DNA of 62,240 nt from a virus (IMGVR_UViG_3300048848_000060:1-62240), one strand, 5' to 3'. Shown: positions 47,190 to 57,978, counted from the first letter of the stretch. Numbers and translations: made by a program. The notes: a model not told the origin generated them from the letters alone.

Positions 47190-48916
47190 TGCCGCAACGT
47201 TCACTCAACAACTTCGCGACCTCGTTCCTCGATGCGGTCTCGCCGTCGACGACGCAGTTCCGCATCGTGCGTGCGGCGCCGGGGCCGCTGGACCTGCCGC
47301 TGCCCGCCGGTGACTTCTTCCTGCTCACGGCCTTCCGCCTGGTCAACGGCCGGGAGGTCGAGCACGAGGTGATGCGCGTCAACGAGGTCGAGCTGACCTC
47401 GACCGGCGCCTACACCGTCACTGTGCAACGCGCGCAGGAGCACATCGGCTCGCCGACCACCAGCTCGGCCTACGCCTACGGCGTCGGCGATCTGCTTGAA
47501 GCCCGCGCGACCGCCGGGACTCTGGACGGCATGCTTCAGGCGCGCGACAACCTGCGCACGCTCGCCGACCCCGACGAGGCCTTGGAGAACTTGGGCGCTG
47601 GCGTGACAGGTGCGGCGGTGCTTAAGGCCGGCAACGCAGCCGAGGCCCGCCAGATCCTGGGCGTCGGGACCGGTGGCGGGGAAGGCGGCGGCACGGTCGA
47701 TGTCGACTCCAACGGCGCGCTCATCGCCGGCGGCACCGTCGTCGCCCCGGCCTACCTGGGTCCGCGCAGCTCGTCGCAGATCACGGCCATCCATGCCGCC
47801 ATCGCCGCCGGCACGGCCAGCTACCCGGTCGGATCCGCCCTTGTTGCCGATGGCGGCCAGGTCTGGACGCTGCAGGGTTCCGGCACCGCGGCGCGCTTCT
47901 CTCCGCCTGCCGCGATCGGCGTTTCCGTCTTGCCGACCCGCAGCGGAAACTCGACCACGCTGCAGTCCGAAGCGGGAAGCGTGATGCCAGTGTCGGGCGT
48001 CGCGTCCGTCGCAGTGGCCAGCGGCCTCACCGGCTTCTTCGCGCAAGTGGTCCGGTACGACGCCGCAGCGCTGAACATCACGCCAGCCTCCGGGGTCCAG
48101 CTCTTCTACGGCGGCGTGCGGGTCACCTCGCTGCAGGTGACCAACAAGGGCGCCTGGGTCTTGATCAAGCCGGGCTCGGCCGCTGACGAGTACTTCCTCG
48201 ACGCCAACGGCGCCGGGGGCGCGATCACGGCCATCGCGTACACGCAACCGGACGCCGAGCCGCCCGTGCTGGTCGGCACGGTTACTCCGAGCAACGTCCA
48301 GGCGACCAGCGCCACGATCTCCTGGCCGGCAGCCACCGACAACGTGGGCGTGACCGGCTACCGCTATCGGCGCAACAGCAGCGCCAGCTGGATCACCATC
48401 GGCAATGTGCTCACGGGACCGCTGAATGCCTTGACGGCCAGCACGCCCTACGCGCCAGAGGTGCAAGCACGGGATGCGGCAGGCAACTGGTCGGCATCGA
48501 TCGTCGGAGAGTTCACGACTGCTGCGCCCCCCGTCAGCACGAAGCCGCGCTTCCTGTACGCCGCGGCGAACCCGACTGGCGATGCCACGATCTTCGACGC
48601 CGCATGGGCTTCCGCCACAGAGCTGACCGGCAGCGCCAATGGCGGCAAGTCTGGGACCTTTCAAACGGTGGCCGACAGCACCGTCTTCACTTGGCTCTTG
48701 GTGCTGGCCAGCGCGGCCCCGTCCGGCATCCGCGTGTTTGACGGAACCGGCTACGGAGGCTTCAGCGGCGCGCTGGCGAGCGGCCTCCAAGCCGGAGGCG
48801 ACCCAGCGGACCCGATCACTGCGCACGTGCCCTACACGGCAGCGGACGGCAGTTTTTACAAGGCGTTCCGCTCGAACGGCCGCGCCTCCAACTCCCCGAT
48901 CCTGACCGTCTCCTGA
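47189..48916 (+). CDS. Tail fibre/appendage protein with FN3 domain
   Basis: N-terminal attachment-type motif NNFAT...VQRAQE...EARATAGTL; ISWPAATDNVGVTGY...VQARDAAGNWS. Confidence 0.78.
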   Translation: MPQRSLNNFATSFLDAVSPSTTQFRIVRAAPGPLDLPLPAGDFFLLTAFRLVNGREVEHEVMRVNEVELTSTGAYTVTVQRAQEHIGSPTTSSAYAYGVGDLLEARATAGTLDGMLQARDNLRTLADPDEALENLGAGVTGAAVLKAGNAAEARQILGVGTGGGEGGGTVDVDSNGALIAGGTVVAPAYLGPRSSSQITAIHAAIAAGTASYPVGSALVADGGQVWTLQGSGTAARFSPPAAIGVSVLPTRSGNSTTLQSEAGSVMPVSGVASVAVASGLTGFFAQVVRYDAAALNITPASGVQLFYGGVRVTSLQVTNKGAWVLIKPGSAADEYFLDANGAGGAITAIAYTQPDAEPPVLVGTVTPSNVQATSATISWPAATDNVGVTGYRYRRNSSASWITIGNVLTGPLNALTASTPYAPEVQARDAAGNWSASIVGEFTTAAPPVSTKPRFLYAAANPTGDATIFDAAWASATELTGSANGGKSGTFQTVADSTVFTWLLVLASAAPSGIRVFDGTGYGGFSGALASGLQAGGDPADPITAHVPYTAADGSFYKAFRSNGRASNSPILTVS

Positions 48917-48929
48917 TAAGGACCCAGCA

Positions 48930-51122
48930 ATGACCAAGGTGTTCTCTACCCTCGGAAAAGACGAAGACGGCCTCGAGTTCATCCTGCGCGCCAACCTGAA
49001 CCAAGTGGCCGGCGTGGCGAAGCACTTCACACGCTCCGAGTTCGATGCAGCCGTGACGTTGGAGCGCGGCCGCATCACGAGCAACGGCGCGGGTCTGTAC
49101 CAAGCCGATGAGCCCTGCACCATCGTCGGCGAGTACGGCACCCGTCGCTGGTTGATCGGCGGCAGCGCTGCGACAAGCCACTGGCGTACCGTCGAAATTG
49201 GTTCGGTGCGGATCGTCCTCACGAGCGACAGCAATGCTGTGTGGCCGACCTCTGGCGCGCCAAGCTCTGGCTTCGGTGCGAACGGCGACCACGCATTCGA
49301 CCACGCCACCCAGATCCTGTACGGCAAGACCGCTGGCTCGTGGGCGCAGGTCCTGGTGATCGGCGGCGGGGGTGGTGGTGGCGGCAGCGGCCTCCCGACC
49401 CAGGTCTCCTACAGCACCGTGGTCCCGCTCGACGGTGACAAGGTCATGCCCCGCACGCAGATCGCTGCGGCTGTGGCACTGACCATCGGCTCCAAGGCCC
49501 CGGGCGGCCAGTGCCGGCTTTCCTTCATCAGCGACGGAGCAAACACGCCCACCATGGCCGGCGCCGAAGAGTGGGCCAGCAGCTTCGGTTTCGACAACAG
49601 CGGGCCCGGCTTGATCAACGTGCTCGAGGTGTGGACCGATGACGGCGCGAACGTCGGGTACGCCTGGAGTCAGCCAGCCACGCAGATCGCGTCCGACACC
49701 ACAGCGCCGACGATCTCCACCGTGACGGTCAACGGCGCAACGATGGTCGTGACCTACAACGAGCCTCTGGTTGCCACGCCTTCGGCGAGCGCGTTCACTG
49801 TGCGCAACGCGGGCGGCGCCGCAACTCAGACCCCCAGCGCCGTGTCGAGCAGTGGCGCGGCCGTCACGCTCACGCTGGCCACCCCCGCCGTGAACGGGAA
49901 CACCGTGACGCTGGACGTGAGCGCGGGCGCCGTCTCGGACGCCGCTGGCAACGCGTCGCTGGCGGTGACGAGCCGTGCCGTCACCAACAACACGGCTCCG
50001 GTCGACACCACCGCCCCGACGATCTCGAGCGCGACCGTCAACGGTTCGACTCTGACCGTGGTGTGGTCGGAGTCGTTGTCCGGCACGCCGAGCGCCAGCG
50101 CCTTCTCCGTCATTGGCGCGGGTGGCGTCACGCAGACGCCAGCGACCAGCAGCCAGTCGGGCGCCACGACCACCTTGACCCTCACCACGCCAGCGGTCAA
50201 CGGCAACACGGTCACCATGAACGTCTCTGCGGGAGCAGCTTCTGATGCCAGCGGCAACCAGTCGGCGGCGGTGACTGCCCGGGCTGTGACGAATTCGACT
50301 CCGGCCAGCGACACCACGGCTCCTACGCTCAGCGCTGCGGCAGTGAACGGCGCGACCCTGACGCTCACCTACAACGAGGCGTTGAACACGACCGCGCCCG
50401 CTACGAGCGCCTACAGCGTGGTCGGCGCCGGTGGTGTGACTCAAACCCCGACTGCTGTGAGCATCGTGGGCACCGTGGTCACCCTGACCCTCGGCACCCC
50501 TGCAGTCGCCGGCAACACCGTCACGGCGAGCTACACCGTCCCTGGCAGCAACCCGATCCGCGACGTGGCCGGCAACTCCGCAGCGGCGCTGTCGGCCCAG
50601 GCTGTGACCAACAACACGGCGCCCGGGGCCTTCTTCTCGTCGCTGACCAACATGGTGGACGAGGGCGGCGGGTCCTTCGCGGCAACCAGCGCCGGCACCA
50701 CGTTCACCGCCCAGGGCGTTGTCGGCGGCGTCATGGCCGGCGACGGCTGGATTGAAGGGCAGAAACTGGACACGGTCGACACGTCGTTCTACCTGGGCCT
50801 GGATGCGGTGGACGGCGCGAAGGTCTACACCACGTGCGACTACCTCTGGGGCGTGGGCACGTCCGGCATCCTGGCCCACGCCCAGAACGGCAGCCCCAGC
50901 AACTTGGTCACGAACATCGGCGGCTCGGCCGCCACCTTCGTGCGCCTGCGCCGGCAGGGCAACACGCTGTATGGCGAGTACTCGACGGACAACAAGGCGA
51001 CCTGGCAGATCGAGCGGACCTTCACGAACGTCACCACCGCGCCGCTGTACCCGAGCTGGTACACGACCTACAGCAGCACTCCGCGCCGCCTGCACATGCC
51101 CGGAATGCAGGGGGTTGCCTGA
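48930..51122 (+). CDS. Virion appendage protein with three SwmB-like Ig repeats
   Basis: Three DTTAPT..ATVNG.TLT.TYNE.L...D.AGN units. Confidence 0.78.
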   Translation: MTKVFSTLGKDEDGLEFILRANLNQVAGVAKHFTRSEFDAAVTLERGRITSNGAGLYQADEPCTIVGEYGTRRWLIGGSAATSHWRTVEIGSVRIVLTSDSNAVWPTSGAPSSGFGANGDHAFDHATQILYGKTAGSWAQVLVIGGGGGGGGSGLPTQVSYSTVVPLDGDKVMPRTQIAAAVALTIGSKAPGGQCRLSFISDGANTPTMAGAEEWASSFGFDNSGPGLINVLEVWTDDGANVGYAWSQPATQIASDTTAPTISTVTVNGATMVVTYNEPLVATPSASAFTVRNAGGAATQTPSAVSSSGAAVTLTLATPAVNGNTVTLDVSAGAVSDAAGNASLAVTSRAVTNNTAPVDTTAPTISSATVNGSTLTVVWSESLSGTPSASAFSVIGAGGVTQTPATSSQSGATTTLTLTTPAVNGNTVTMNVSAGAASDASGNQSAAVTARAVTNSTPASDTTAPTLSAAAVNGATLTLTYNEALNTTAPATSAYSVVGAGGVTQTPTAVSIVGTVVTLTLGTPAVAGNTVTASYTVPGSNPIRDVAGNSAAALSAQAVTNNTAPGAFFSSLTNMVDEGGGSFAATSAGTTFTAQGVVGGVMAGDGWIEGQKLDTVDTSFYLGLDAVDGAKVYTTCDYLWGVGTSGILAHAQNGSPSNLVTNIGGSAATFVRLRRQGNTLYGEYSTDNKATWQIERTFTNVTTAPLYPSWYTTYSSTPRRLHMPGMQGVA
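49695..50618 (+). repeat. Three tandem ~306-309 bp degenerate intragenic repeats
   Basis: Units start at 49695, 50004 and 50310. Confidence 0.85.
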
Positions 51123-51841
51123 TGCGCCGCAACACGTACCCACGGGCGCGCATTGCCGGCGCGGCGATGAAGATCATCGCCCACGGCAACAGCCTGGTCC
51201 AGGGCACGAACAACGGCGCATCGGGGGGCACCGCCGCGTGGCCGGCCGTCATGAACACGCTCGCGCCGCTCGCCGGCGCCGGCGTGACCGTGCTCAATCG
51301 CGGCGTCGGAGGGCAGGGCATCACGCAGATGCTGTCTTCCGCTGCGACGGCGGTGGATGCCAACCTTGATCCGACGAAGCTGAACGTGCTGATGGCCTGG
51401 GAGTTCACCAACGAGGTGCGAACGAACGGCTACAACATTTCGGCCGCGATGGCTAAGTGGGCTCAGTACTGCGACGAGCGCAGGGCTGCGGCAGCTGCTG
51501 CCAACGCGCGCCTCTTCATCGTGAGCATGACCTGCGTCCCGGCAGCCAGTGCAGCGTCCCAGGCCGACCGCAACGCGCGGGCAAGGGCCATGCATGCAGT
51601 CAACGTTGCGATGCGGGCGAACTTCCGCAGCTACGCGGACGCCATCCTGGACATCGCCGCGGTCGAGCCTTTCGCGACCCTCTTCCAGAACGACGTTTGG
51701 ACTCAGGCGGTCTTCGACGCGGTGCCCGAGTACCTCCGGTCTGACAACGGCGTCGTCGATTCCGTGCACCTTGGTGACGTCGGGTACGCGCGGGTTGCGG
51801 CCGCCGCCGCTCGCGCGGTGCTGCGCGTTCGAAGGAGTTGA
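51122..51841 (+). CDS. SGNH/GDSL hydrolase
   Basis: HGNSL, NRGVGG, FTNE, DSVH blocks. Confidence 0.82.
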   Translation: MRRNTYPRARIAGAAMKIIAHGNSLVQGTNNGASGGTAAWPAVMNTLAPLAGAGVTVLNRGVGGQGITQMLSSAATAVDANLDPTKLNVLMAWEFTNEVRTNGYNISAAMAKWAQYCDERRAAAAAANARLFIVSMTCVPAASAASQADRNARARAMHAVNVAMRANFRSYADAILDIAAVEPFATLFQNDVWTQAVFDAVPEYLRSDNGVVDSVHLGDVGYARVAAAAARAVLRVRRS

Positions 51842-51988
51842 CCCCGTGGCTCGCTTTTCCCTGCTGCGCACAGCGGACCACATGCCCACCCACCGAGGCG
51901 TGGCTTCTTCTTCCCCATCGAAAGGCCGCGATATGGCATACGCAGTCCTCGGCGTCCTCGATCTGACCCGCTACACCGGGGCCTGAGC

Positions 51989-54892
51989 ATGCTGACCTTC
52001 GACACAACAACGGCGGCCGGCCTCGCCCTGGCCGCATCGAAGCTCGCCTGGTGTGATCTCATTGCGCTGAATCTCGGCGCCGCGCCGCGCAAGCTGGTTT
52101 GCAAGCGCGCCGCCAGTGGCGATGCGTGGGCCACCGGGACGATCTTCCGCGACCTGGACATGACGGGCACCATCAGCACGTCAGGCGCACTGCTCACCAA
52201 CTTCGGCGTCACCAGCAATGCGCGCGTAAAGCTGGCGGCCGACCTCACAACCGGCGTGTCCGTCTGGCGCATCAGCAACACGGCCGGCACCCGCTGGATC
52301 CAGGGCACGCTTGGCGCGCCGGGCTCTGGCGCTGACATCGAGCGGGCGAACCCCACGGCCACGAGCGGGGACGACTTTTCTGCCGTCTACATCCGCCCGC
52401 CCCAGCTCATGCCCTCCGGCACCGGGCCGGCATCCCCGTCCTGGACCAGCGAGACGCCCAAGTACGTCGTGTTCGACACGTGGAACGGAACCACCTTCGT
52501 CAACGGCGAGGGCAACGTCAACACGGAAACCGAATACGACGAGCGCGGCCCCAACTGGGTCGCCTCGCACCCCTTCCTGGCCTCGCAGCTCGGCGACGTG
52601 GCCTGGCACCACTGCAGCAAGCCGATCCGCGTTGGCACGCACCTGCTGTTCCCCCAGCTCTTCCGCCATCACGCCGGCTGCACCCAGTCCGGCACGCGCC
52701 CGCTCGAGGCGGCATGGATCAGCGCGCGGCCGGTGGCGGAACTGCCGGGCGACTGGGATACCTTCCCGGCCCTGGGGCGTCAAAACGGCGACATCGTCTA
52801 CGACCGCAAGAACCCGCGGCACAGCACCTACGTGGTGGCCGGCCGTGTCCGGTTCCTGAACGACCAGCGCGAGGAAGTGGGCCGCATCGAGTGGCCCAAC
52901 GGCCGGCCGATCAACGACCCGCTGGCGGCGCAGGACGAGATGTACGACCGCTTCACGGGCGGGAACGTGGCCGCGTCGACGCTGACGCGGATCAACGACG
53001 ACGACGGGGTCCAAGTCGGCTGGGCCGGCTCCGGCGACAGCTGGTCGAACAACAACAGCGTGGCGATCTTTCCGCACTGGAACATCGCCCAGCCCCTGCT
53101 GTGGGAAAACGAGATGGCGGCGGACATGCCGCACAACATCTTTGCTGGCGTCGAGGCCGACGTCATGGTCCCGTACCTCGGCAAGAGTTCGGTGGGCTTC
53201 AACCCCATGAACCAGATGCTGTACAACGATGCGCAGCAGGACAACCTGAACAACCCGTGGGTCAACGGGCCGTATCCGCAGAGCCGGTCGGAGCATCCGC
53301 GCCTGGAGCCGATCGACCCCTATGCCACCACGCCGAACCTGAGCAGCCGGCCGTACAACGCCTGGGCCACCGGCATGAACTACATGCCTGGTGCTTTCGG
53401 TGGGCACGACATCTACCCCGGGCCAGGCGGCATGCGCGAGGACCGCGCGCCGGTGGCGATGCGTCTCACGCGGTTCATCACCGACCCCAACGGCGTGCGC
53501 CTGGAGGGCGAGATTCCGCACCGCGAATGGGCCTGGCAGTGGTGCAAGAACTACGCGAACCTGGCGCGCGTCTTCATCACCGGCTCGCAGCTGGAGAGCA
53601 TCGACAAAGCCCAGTCCATGGCCGGGCAGTGGCGGCAGCATGGCGGCTACTACGGGCCCGGCACTGGCACAAACGATCGAAAAATCGACTGGGTCGCGCT
53701 CGGCAACGGCTCCCACAAGCGGCGCTATGGCTACTCGGCCAGCACCTCGGCGCAGAACTGGATCGACGTTCACAGCTGCGGCGATAGCACCGGCCGTCAC
53801 CCCTACGGCTACCAGCTGCCCGAGAGCCAACACCACGGCTGCAGCGCCCCGGGTTCTGCCCTGCTGGCGTTCAAGGACGCGCGCTTCGCCATCCTGCAGC
53901 GCTATTTCTTCGACACGGCTCGAATGAGCCGGCTTGGCTCCGCTCCAGCGACGACCAGCCCGACCACATTTTATGGGCAGCGCACGCACGCCTGGCGCTG
54001 GTCGGATTATTTCTATACCTGGTACAGCGCCGCAGAGCACCCGCTTTCCCATTCTCGACAAAGCCTCGAAGCGAATATGCAGACCGAGCTGGAAAAAATA
54101 GACACAGAAGTCTACCAGCCGGCGTTTGTGAATAACGGCGGGCAGGGCGATGACACAATTTTCGCGCAGACTGTCCGCCGCTTCGGGCAGCCTATGACGG
54201 TAACGCGAGAGGGCGACAAATACACCATCCGCGAAACAGGTGGCAGCAAGTGGTATTACTCTGGCCTTCCTTTCATGTTCATGAAGACTTCCGGTCTTTG
54301 GGATATCTTGAAGGGAAAGAGCCCGTCCTGCGCTAATGGCTTGAAGTGCATGATTCACACTTCTGCCATGGCAAGCATCGATTGGATGAATTACACGGGA
54401 GGGGTTTGGACCCGGTACAGCCGTAATGGAATCGGCTCTACCGGCGGTCACTTCTGGGGCGGCGGAGTTGTTGTGGACACCCGAACGGATTTTCCTCTAA
54501 AACCCGACGGCACCCCATACACGAATGCCAATCGGCCCGACGCGCTTGTACTGACGACAGCAAACCTCGCCTCGGGCTGGCCTGCAATCCCTGCGGTGAT
54601 GCCGGAGAACGGCCTTGCTGATTACTGGCACGAATACGACGGGGCCTGGGTGACGGCGGAAGACCCGCCACTCCACGCTCGCGCCCAGTGGCCATCGATC
54701 CACAAGAAATTCTTCGAGGCTGAATATCCTTGGCTCGGTCTCGATACGGCGCTGGCAACCTACAAACAGATTTATGCCGACCGAAATTCTTTCGCGTTCA
54801 ATGCGACCGACGTCCTAACTTCGAAAAGCGGTCACAACTGGCGTTATCGAATCGCGTCCTATGGTTTCGTGAAACAGCTTGAGGTTGCATAA
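51989..54892 (+). CDS. Large hypothetical protein (967 aa), putative receptor-binding or depolymerase
   Basis: W/Y/G/N-rich; within fibre cluster; fold not recognised. Confidence 0.65.
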   Translation: MLTFDTTTAAGLALAASKLAWCDLIALNLGAAPRKLVCKRAASGDAWATGTIFRDLDMTGTISTSGALLTNFGVTSNARVKLAADLTTGVSVWRISNTAGTRWIQGTLGAPGSGADIERANPTATSGDDFSAVYIRPPQLMPSGTGPASPSWTSETPKYVVFDTWNGTTFVNGEGNVNTETEYDERGPNWVASHPFLASQLGDVAWHHCSKPIRVGTHLLFPQLFRHHAGCTQSGTRPLEAAWISARPVAELPGDWDTFPALGRQNGDIVYDRKNPRHSTYVVAGRVRFLNDQREEVGRIEWPNGRPINDPLAAQDEMYDRFTGGNVAASTLTRINDDDGVQVGWAGSGDSWSNNNSVAIFPHWNIAQPLLWENEMAADMPHNIFAGVEADVMVPYLGKSSVGFNPMNQMLYNDAQQDNLNNPWVNGPYPQSRSEHPRLEPIDPYATTPNLSSRPYNAWATGMNYMPGAFGGHDIYPGPGGMREDRAPVAMRLTRFITDPNGVRLEGEIPHREWAWQWCKNYANLARVFITGSQLESIDKAQSMAGQWRQHGGYYGPGTGTNDRKIDWVALGNGSHKRRYGYSASTSAQNWIDVHSCGDSTGRHPYGYQLPESQHHGCSAPGSALLAFKDARFAILQRYFFDTARMSRLGSAPATTSPTTFYGQRTHAWRWSDYFYTWYSAAEHPLSHSRQSLEANMQTELEKIDTEVYQPAFVNNGGQGDDTIFAQTVRRFGQPMTVTREGDKYTIRETGGSKWYYSGLPFMFMKTSGLWDILKGKSPSCANGLKCMIHTSAMASIDWMNYTGGVWTRYSRNGIGSTGGHFWGGGVVVDTRTDFPLKPDGTPYTNANRPDALVLTTANLASGWPAIPAVMPENGLADYWHEYDGAWVTAEDPPLHARAQWPSIHKKFFEAEYPWLGLDTALATYKQIYADRNSFAFNATDVLTSKSGHNWRYRIASYGFVKQLEVA

Positions 54893-57457
54893 ATGGCCAC
54901 CGATGTAATCGTCACCGTGGGCGCAGGCGGAACCTACGCGAACCTTGCAGCGGCCCGCACGGCGCTTGGCTCGCTGAACCTGGTTTCTCTGGATCAGCGC
55001 TACATCGTGAAGCTGATGGAGGACCAGGTTCTTACGAATACGTCCTCGACATTCAGCAACCCGAATACCGACGCGACCCGCTATATCCACGTTATTCCAG
55101 ATGACGGGCTCTCGTGGGACGATCTTGCGGGAAGCAGCGTTTATTATCCGCCGACCGCCGGCCTGAAACTCACGGTCACCTCTGGAGCCGCTGGCGCTCT
55201 TTCCATCGAAAGAGGATGGTTCTTCGACCTGCTGCGCATCGAAGCCACACCCACCGTGGCCGGCATCTCGCCGATTCGCATAGGCAGCACCTCCACGGCT
55301 AAGTACACCGGCATCTCGCGGTGCTGGATCACTGGCGATCACACGCTGGCATCTCTGCTCGACCTGCGCGATGCGTCGATCACGACCGAGCCCACGCAAG
55401 CATTCTTGCTTGACAGCGTGGTAATCGGGTCGGGCACGGACGCCAGTGTCGGCGTGATCACCGGCACCGGCGGCGCCATCTATCGCAACACCATCGTTGC
55501 AGCTGGTGGCGCCGGCCGGGCGCTCCGTCTTCAGGTGACGGCCGCCAACCGCGGATTCTGGGTCATCGACAACGCGCTGGTCGGCAGTTGGGAGACGGTG
55601 CACACCGCCGCCAACCTGGGCGCCGCATCGTCCAGCAACAGCCGCGGCAACTACCTCACGGGCGCCTACGTCCAGACCGGCACCGGCACGACCTACACAT
55701 CCGCGTCGTGGACGACCGGCGCCACGGCGGCATCACTGTTCGAGAACATCGCCAGCAACCTTCGCCCGAGGTCCACCTCGGCGCTGCTCGGCGGGGCAAC
55801 CGGCCGCTCGGACAACATGCCCGATGTCAACGGCAACAACCGCGGCCTGAATCCAGACATCGGCGCGATTCAGCGGACTAGTGCACCGCCACTGGCTGCT
55901 GGCACGTTCACGACTGGAGCCGTCAGCGGTCAGACGGCCAGCTTCGCCGGCACGGTGTCCAACGCCGCATCTGGTTCGTTGACTTTGACCGGCACCTCCA
56001 CCGTCGGCCCCATCGCCATCGTCATCTCTGGCGGCACCTGGTCGATCCCGGACATCATCAACCTGCTCACCGGGACATACACGGCTTCGCTGTTGCTGCT
56101 GAACAGCCAGGGCGCCACCACCGGCGTGGGCGGCCCCACGCTCGTCGTGGACAGCTACATCGGCAGCCCCGAAGGCCCCGAGCAGACCGAGGTGGCCGAT
56201 CCCCCTGTCGTCAGCAACGTGGTGGGCCTGCCGACTGCGCCGACCACCGCCAAGATCAGCCTGGACACGACGCGCTCCGGTGGCACCGCCTGGGTCGTCA
56301 TCACGGGCGTAACGACCAAGCCCACCAAGACGCAGATCAAGGCCGGCCAAACCAACACCGGCGCTGCCGTCGTGGCCGGCCGCAAGTTGAGCCAGGCCGT
56401 GACAACGCCTGGAACGCGCGACCTGAACGCCTCCAGCCTGACGGCGTCTGGCAACTTCTACGCGCACGCCTTCCACGAGCACCCGGATGGTGATTCCGAA
56501 GTGGTGTCCAGCCCGGTTTTCACCCAGCCGGCTGTGGTGGCCCCGCCCAGCATCACCGACCAGCCGGACAGCACGACGGTCAATGACGGCGACAACGCGG
56601 TGTTCAGCGTTAGTTTTACCGGCACCTCGCCCACGGTACAAGCGCGGCGCGACGGCGCAAACATCCCTGGTGCTGTCGTTGGAGCAGGAACAGCGTCCCT
56701 GACCATCTCAGATTGCACCGTCGACGACAACGGCGCGGAGATCACCTTCCACCTGTCCAACGCGGCGGGTAGCGTCACGAGCTCGCCGGCTGTTCTTACC
56801 GTCACCGCGCCTGTTGCCGCTCCGACGATCATCACTGAGCCGGCCGACGATGCGGTCATCAAGGGCGAAGCTGCAGGGTTCTCGTTCGAGGCCACAAACG
56901 GCGGCGGCACGAACGTGGTCCAGTGGTTCACGCGCCCGAAAGGCAACACCGGCAACGGCACAGCAGTGCCTGGCGCAACCAGCACCTCGCTGACGACTTC
57001 CTCCTTGGCTGTGGCCGACGATGGCCGAGAGTACCGGGCTCAAGTGACCAACCAAGCGGCCACCATCTACACCCGGTGGGCTGCTGTGAGCGTCCAGGCC
57101 GTTCTGGCTCCGCCGGTCATGCCCGGTGAGATCACCTTCAGCGAAGTTTCGCATCAAGGGTTCCGCGCCACGTGGCCGGCGGCGGTAGGTGTCGTGACGC
57201 GCTACGAGGTGGCAATTGATGGCGACGCATGGGTGAGCAACTCGACCCTGCTGACGCGGTACTTCCCTGGCGCGCCTCTAACCACCTACGACCTCGACGT
57301 GCGAGCGATCAACGTCGACGTGGCGAGCAACGTGCTCTCCAAGGAGGTCACGCTGCCAGCGGCGCCTCCTGTCCTGCCGCCAGGCACTGGCGGCGTCATC
57401 GCCGGCATCTCGCCGTCGTCCTTTTTCCAACTGCTGGCCATGGCCGGGGAGAGCTGA
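54893..57457 (+). CDS. Virion appendage protein: beta-helix-like N-terminus + two Ig-like + FN3 domains
   Basis: TVGAGGTYANL; PDIGAIQ; PSITDQP..TTV..GD.A.FSV; PTIITEP...QW; ATWPAA...YEV. Confidence 0.75.
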   Translation: MATDVIVTVGAGGTYANLAAARTALGSLNLVSLDQRYIVKLMEDQVLTNTSSTFSNPNTDATRYIHVIPDDGLSWDDLAGSSVYYPPTAGLKLTVTSGAAGALSIERGWFFDLLRIEATPTVAGISPIRIGSTSTAKYTGISRCWITGDHTLASLLDLRDASITTEPTQAFLLDSVVIGSGTDASVGVITGTGGAIYRNTIVAAGGAGRALRLQVTAANRGFWVIDNALVGSWETVHTAANLGAASSSNSRGNYLTGAYVQTGTGTTYTSASWTTGATAASLFENIASNLRPRSTSALLGGATGRSDNMPDVNGNNRGLNPDIGAIQRTSAPPLAAGTFTTGAVSGQTASFAGTVSNAASGSLTLTGTSTVGPIAIVISGGTWSIPDIINLLTGTYTASLLLLNSQGATTGVGGPTLVVDSYIGSPEGPEQTEVADPPVVSNVVGLPTAPTTAKISLDTTRSGGTAWVVITGVTTKPTKTQIKAGQTNTGAAVVAGRKLSQAVTTPGTRDLNASSLTASGNFYAHAFHEHPDGDSEVVSSPVFTQPAVVAPPSITDQPDSTTVNDGDNAVFSVSFTGTSPTVQARRDGANIPGAVVGAGTASLTISDCTVDDNGAEITFHLSNAAGSVTSSPAVLTVTAPVAAPTIITEPADDAVIKGEAAGFSFEATNGGGTNVVQWFTRPKGNTGNGTAVPGATSTSLTTSSLAVADDGREYRAQVTNQAATIYTRWAAVSVQAVLAPPVMPGEITFSEVSHQGFRATWPAAVGVVTRYEVAIDGDAWVSNSTLLTRYFPGAPLTTYDLDVRAINVDVASNVLSKEVTLPAAPPVLPPGTGGVIAGISPSSFFQLLAMAGES

Positions 57458-57461
57458 TCGT

Positions 57462-57785
57462 ATGTCGGAACCGCAACACGACCAGGACCCGGTGCGCATC
57501 GCGCGCATCGTCGACATGCGAATCCCGCTGTGGGGAGTCATCACCGCGACGGCGACCGGCGCATTCCTGCTGGTCAGCATGTACTTCACCACGGAACAGA
57601 CCGCGAAGAACGTGACCGAGCTGCAGATCACGGTGAAGGCCGGCAACACGCAGGTCAACAGCTTGGCCGGCGAACAGGCGCTGCTGAAGTTCCGACAGGA
57701 AAACGTGGAGAGCGAACTGCGGATCCTGAAGGACGTGCTGACGAAGCAGTCGCTGGGAAGGGGGCACGATGTCTCTCCTCGATGA
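57462..57785 (+). CDS. Membrane protein (TM + coiled coil), holin/antiholin-like
   Basis: One TM; start of lysis cassette. Confidence 0.6.
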   Translation: MSEPQHDQDPVRIARIVDMRIPLWGVITATATGAFLLVSMYFTTEQTAKNVTELQITVKAGNTQVNSLAGEQALLKFRQENVESELRILKDVLTKQSLGRGHDVSPR

Positions 57786-57978
57786 CTGGCCTCGCCTGAT
57801 CCGGCGCGCATGGAGCGTGCGGCTGGCCATCCTGTCGGCGGGCCTGTCTGCGGTCGAGTTCGCGCTGCCCTTCGTGGCGCCGGAGCGGCCCAGCGGCTGG
57901 TTCGCTGGCGCCGCGGTATTGGTGTCTCTGGCCGCCGCCGCCGCGCGCATCGTCGCGCAGCCCAGGAGCCTGCCGTGA
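57769..57978 (+). CDS. Holin-like protein
   Basis: LDDW...RRAWSVRL; two TM; ARIVAQ. Confidence 0.75.
   Translation: MSLLDDWPRLIRRAWSVRLAILSAGLSAVEFALPFVAPERPSGWFAGAAVLVSLAAAAARIVAQPRSLP

Noticed and set aside
51933-51986. 17-codon ORF MAYAVLGVLDLTRYTGA between SGNH and the 967-aa gene
   Set aside because: Too short to support; may be a remnant or leader
34111-57457. Diversity-generating retroelement or shufflon acting on the fibres
   Set aside because: No reverse transcriptase, TR/VR pair or inverted partial fibre cassettes seen; only a self-alignment can fully exclude short sites
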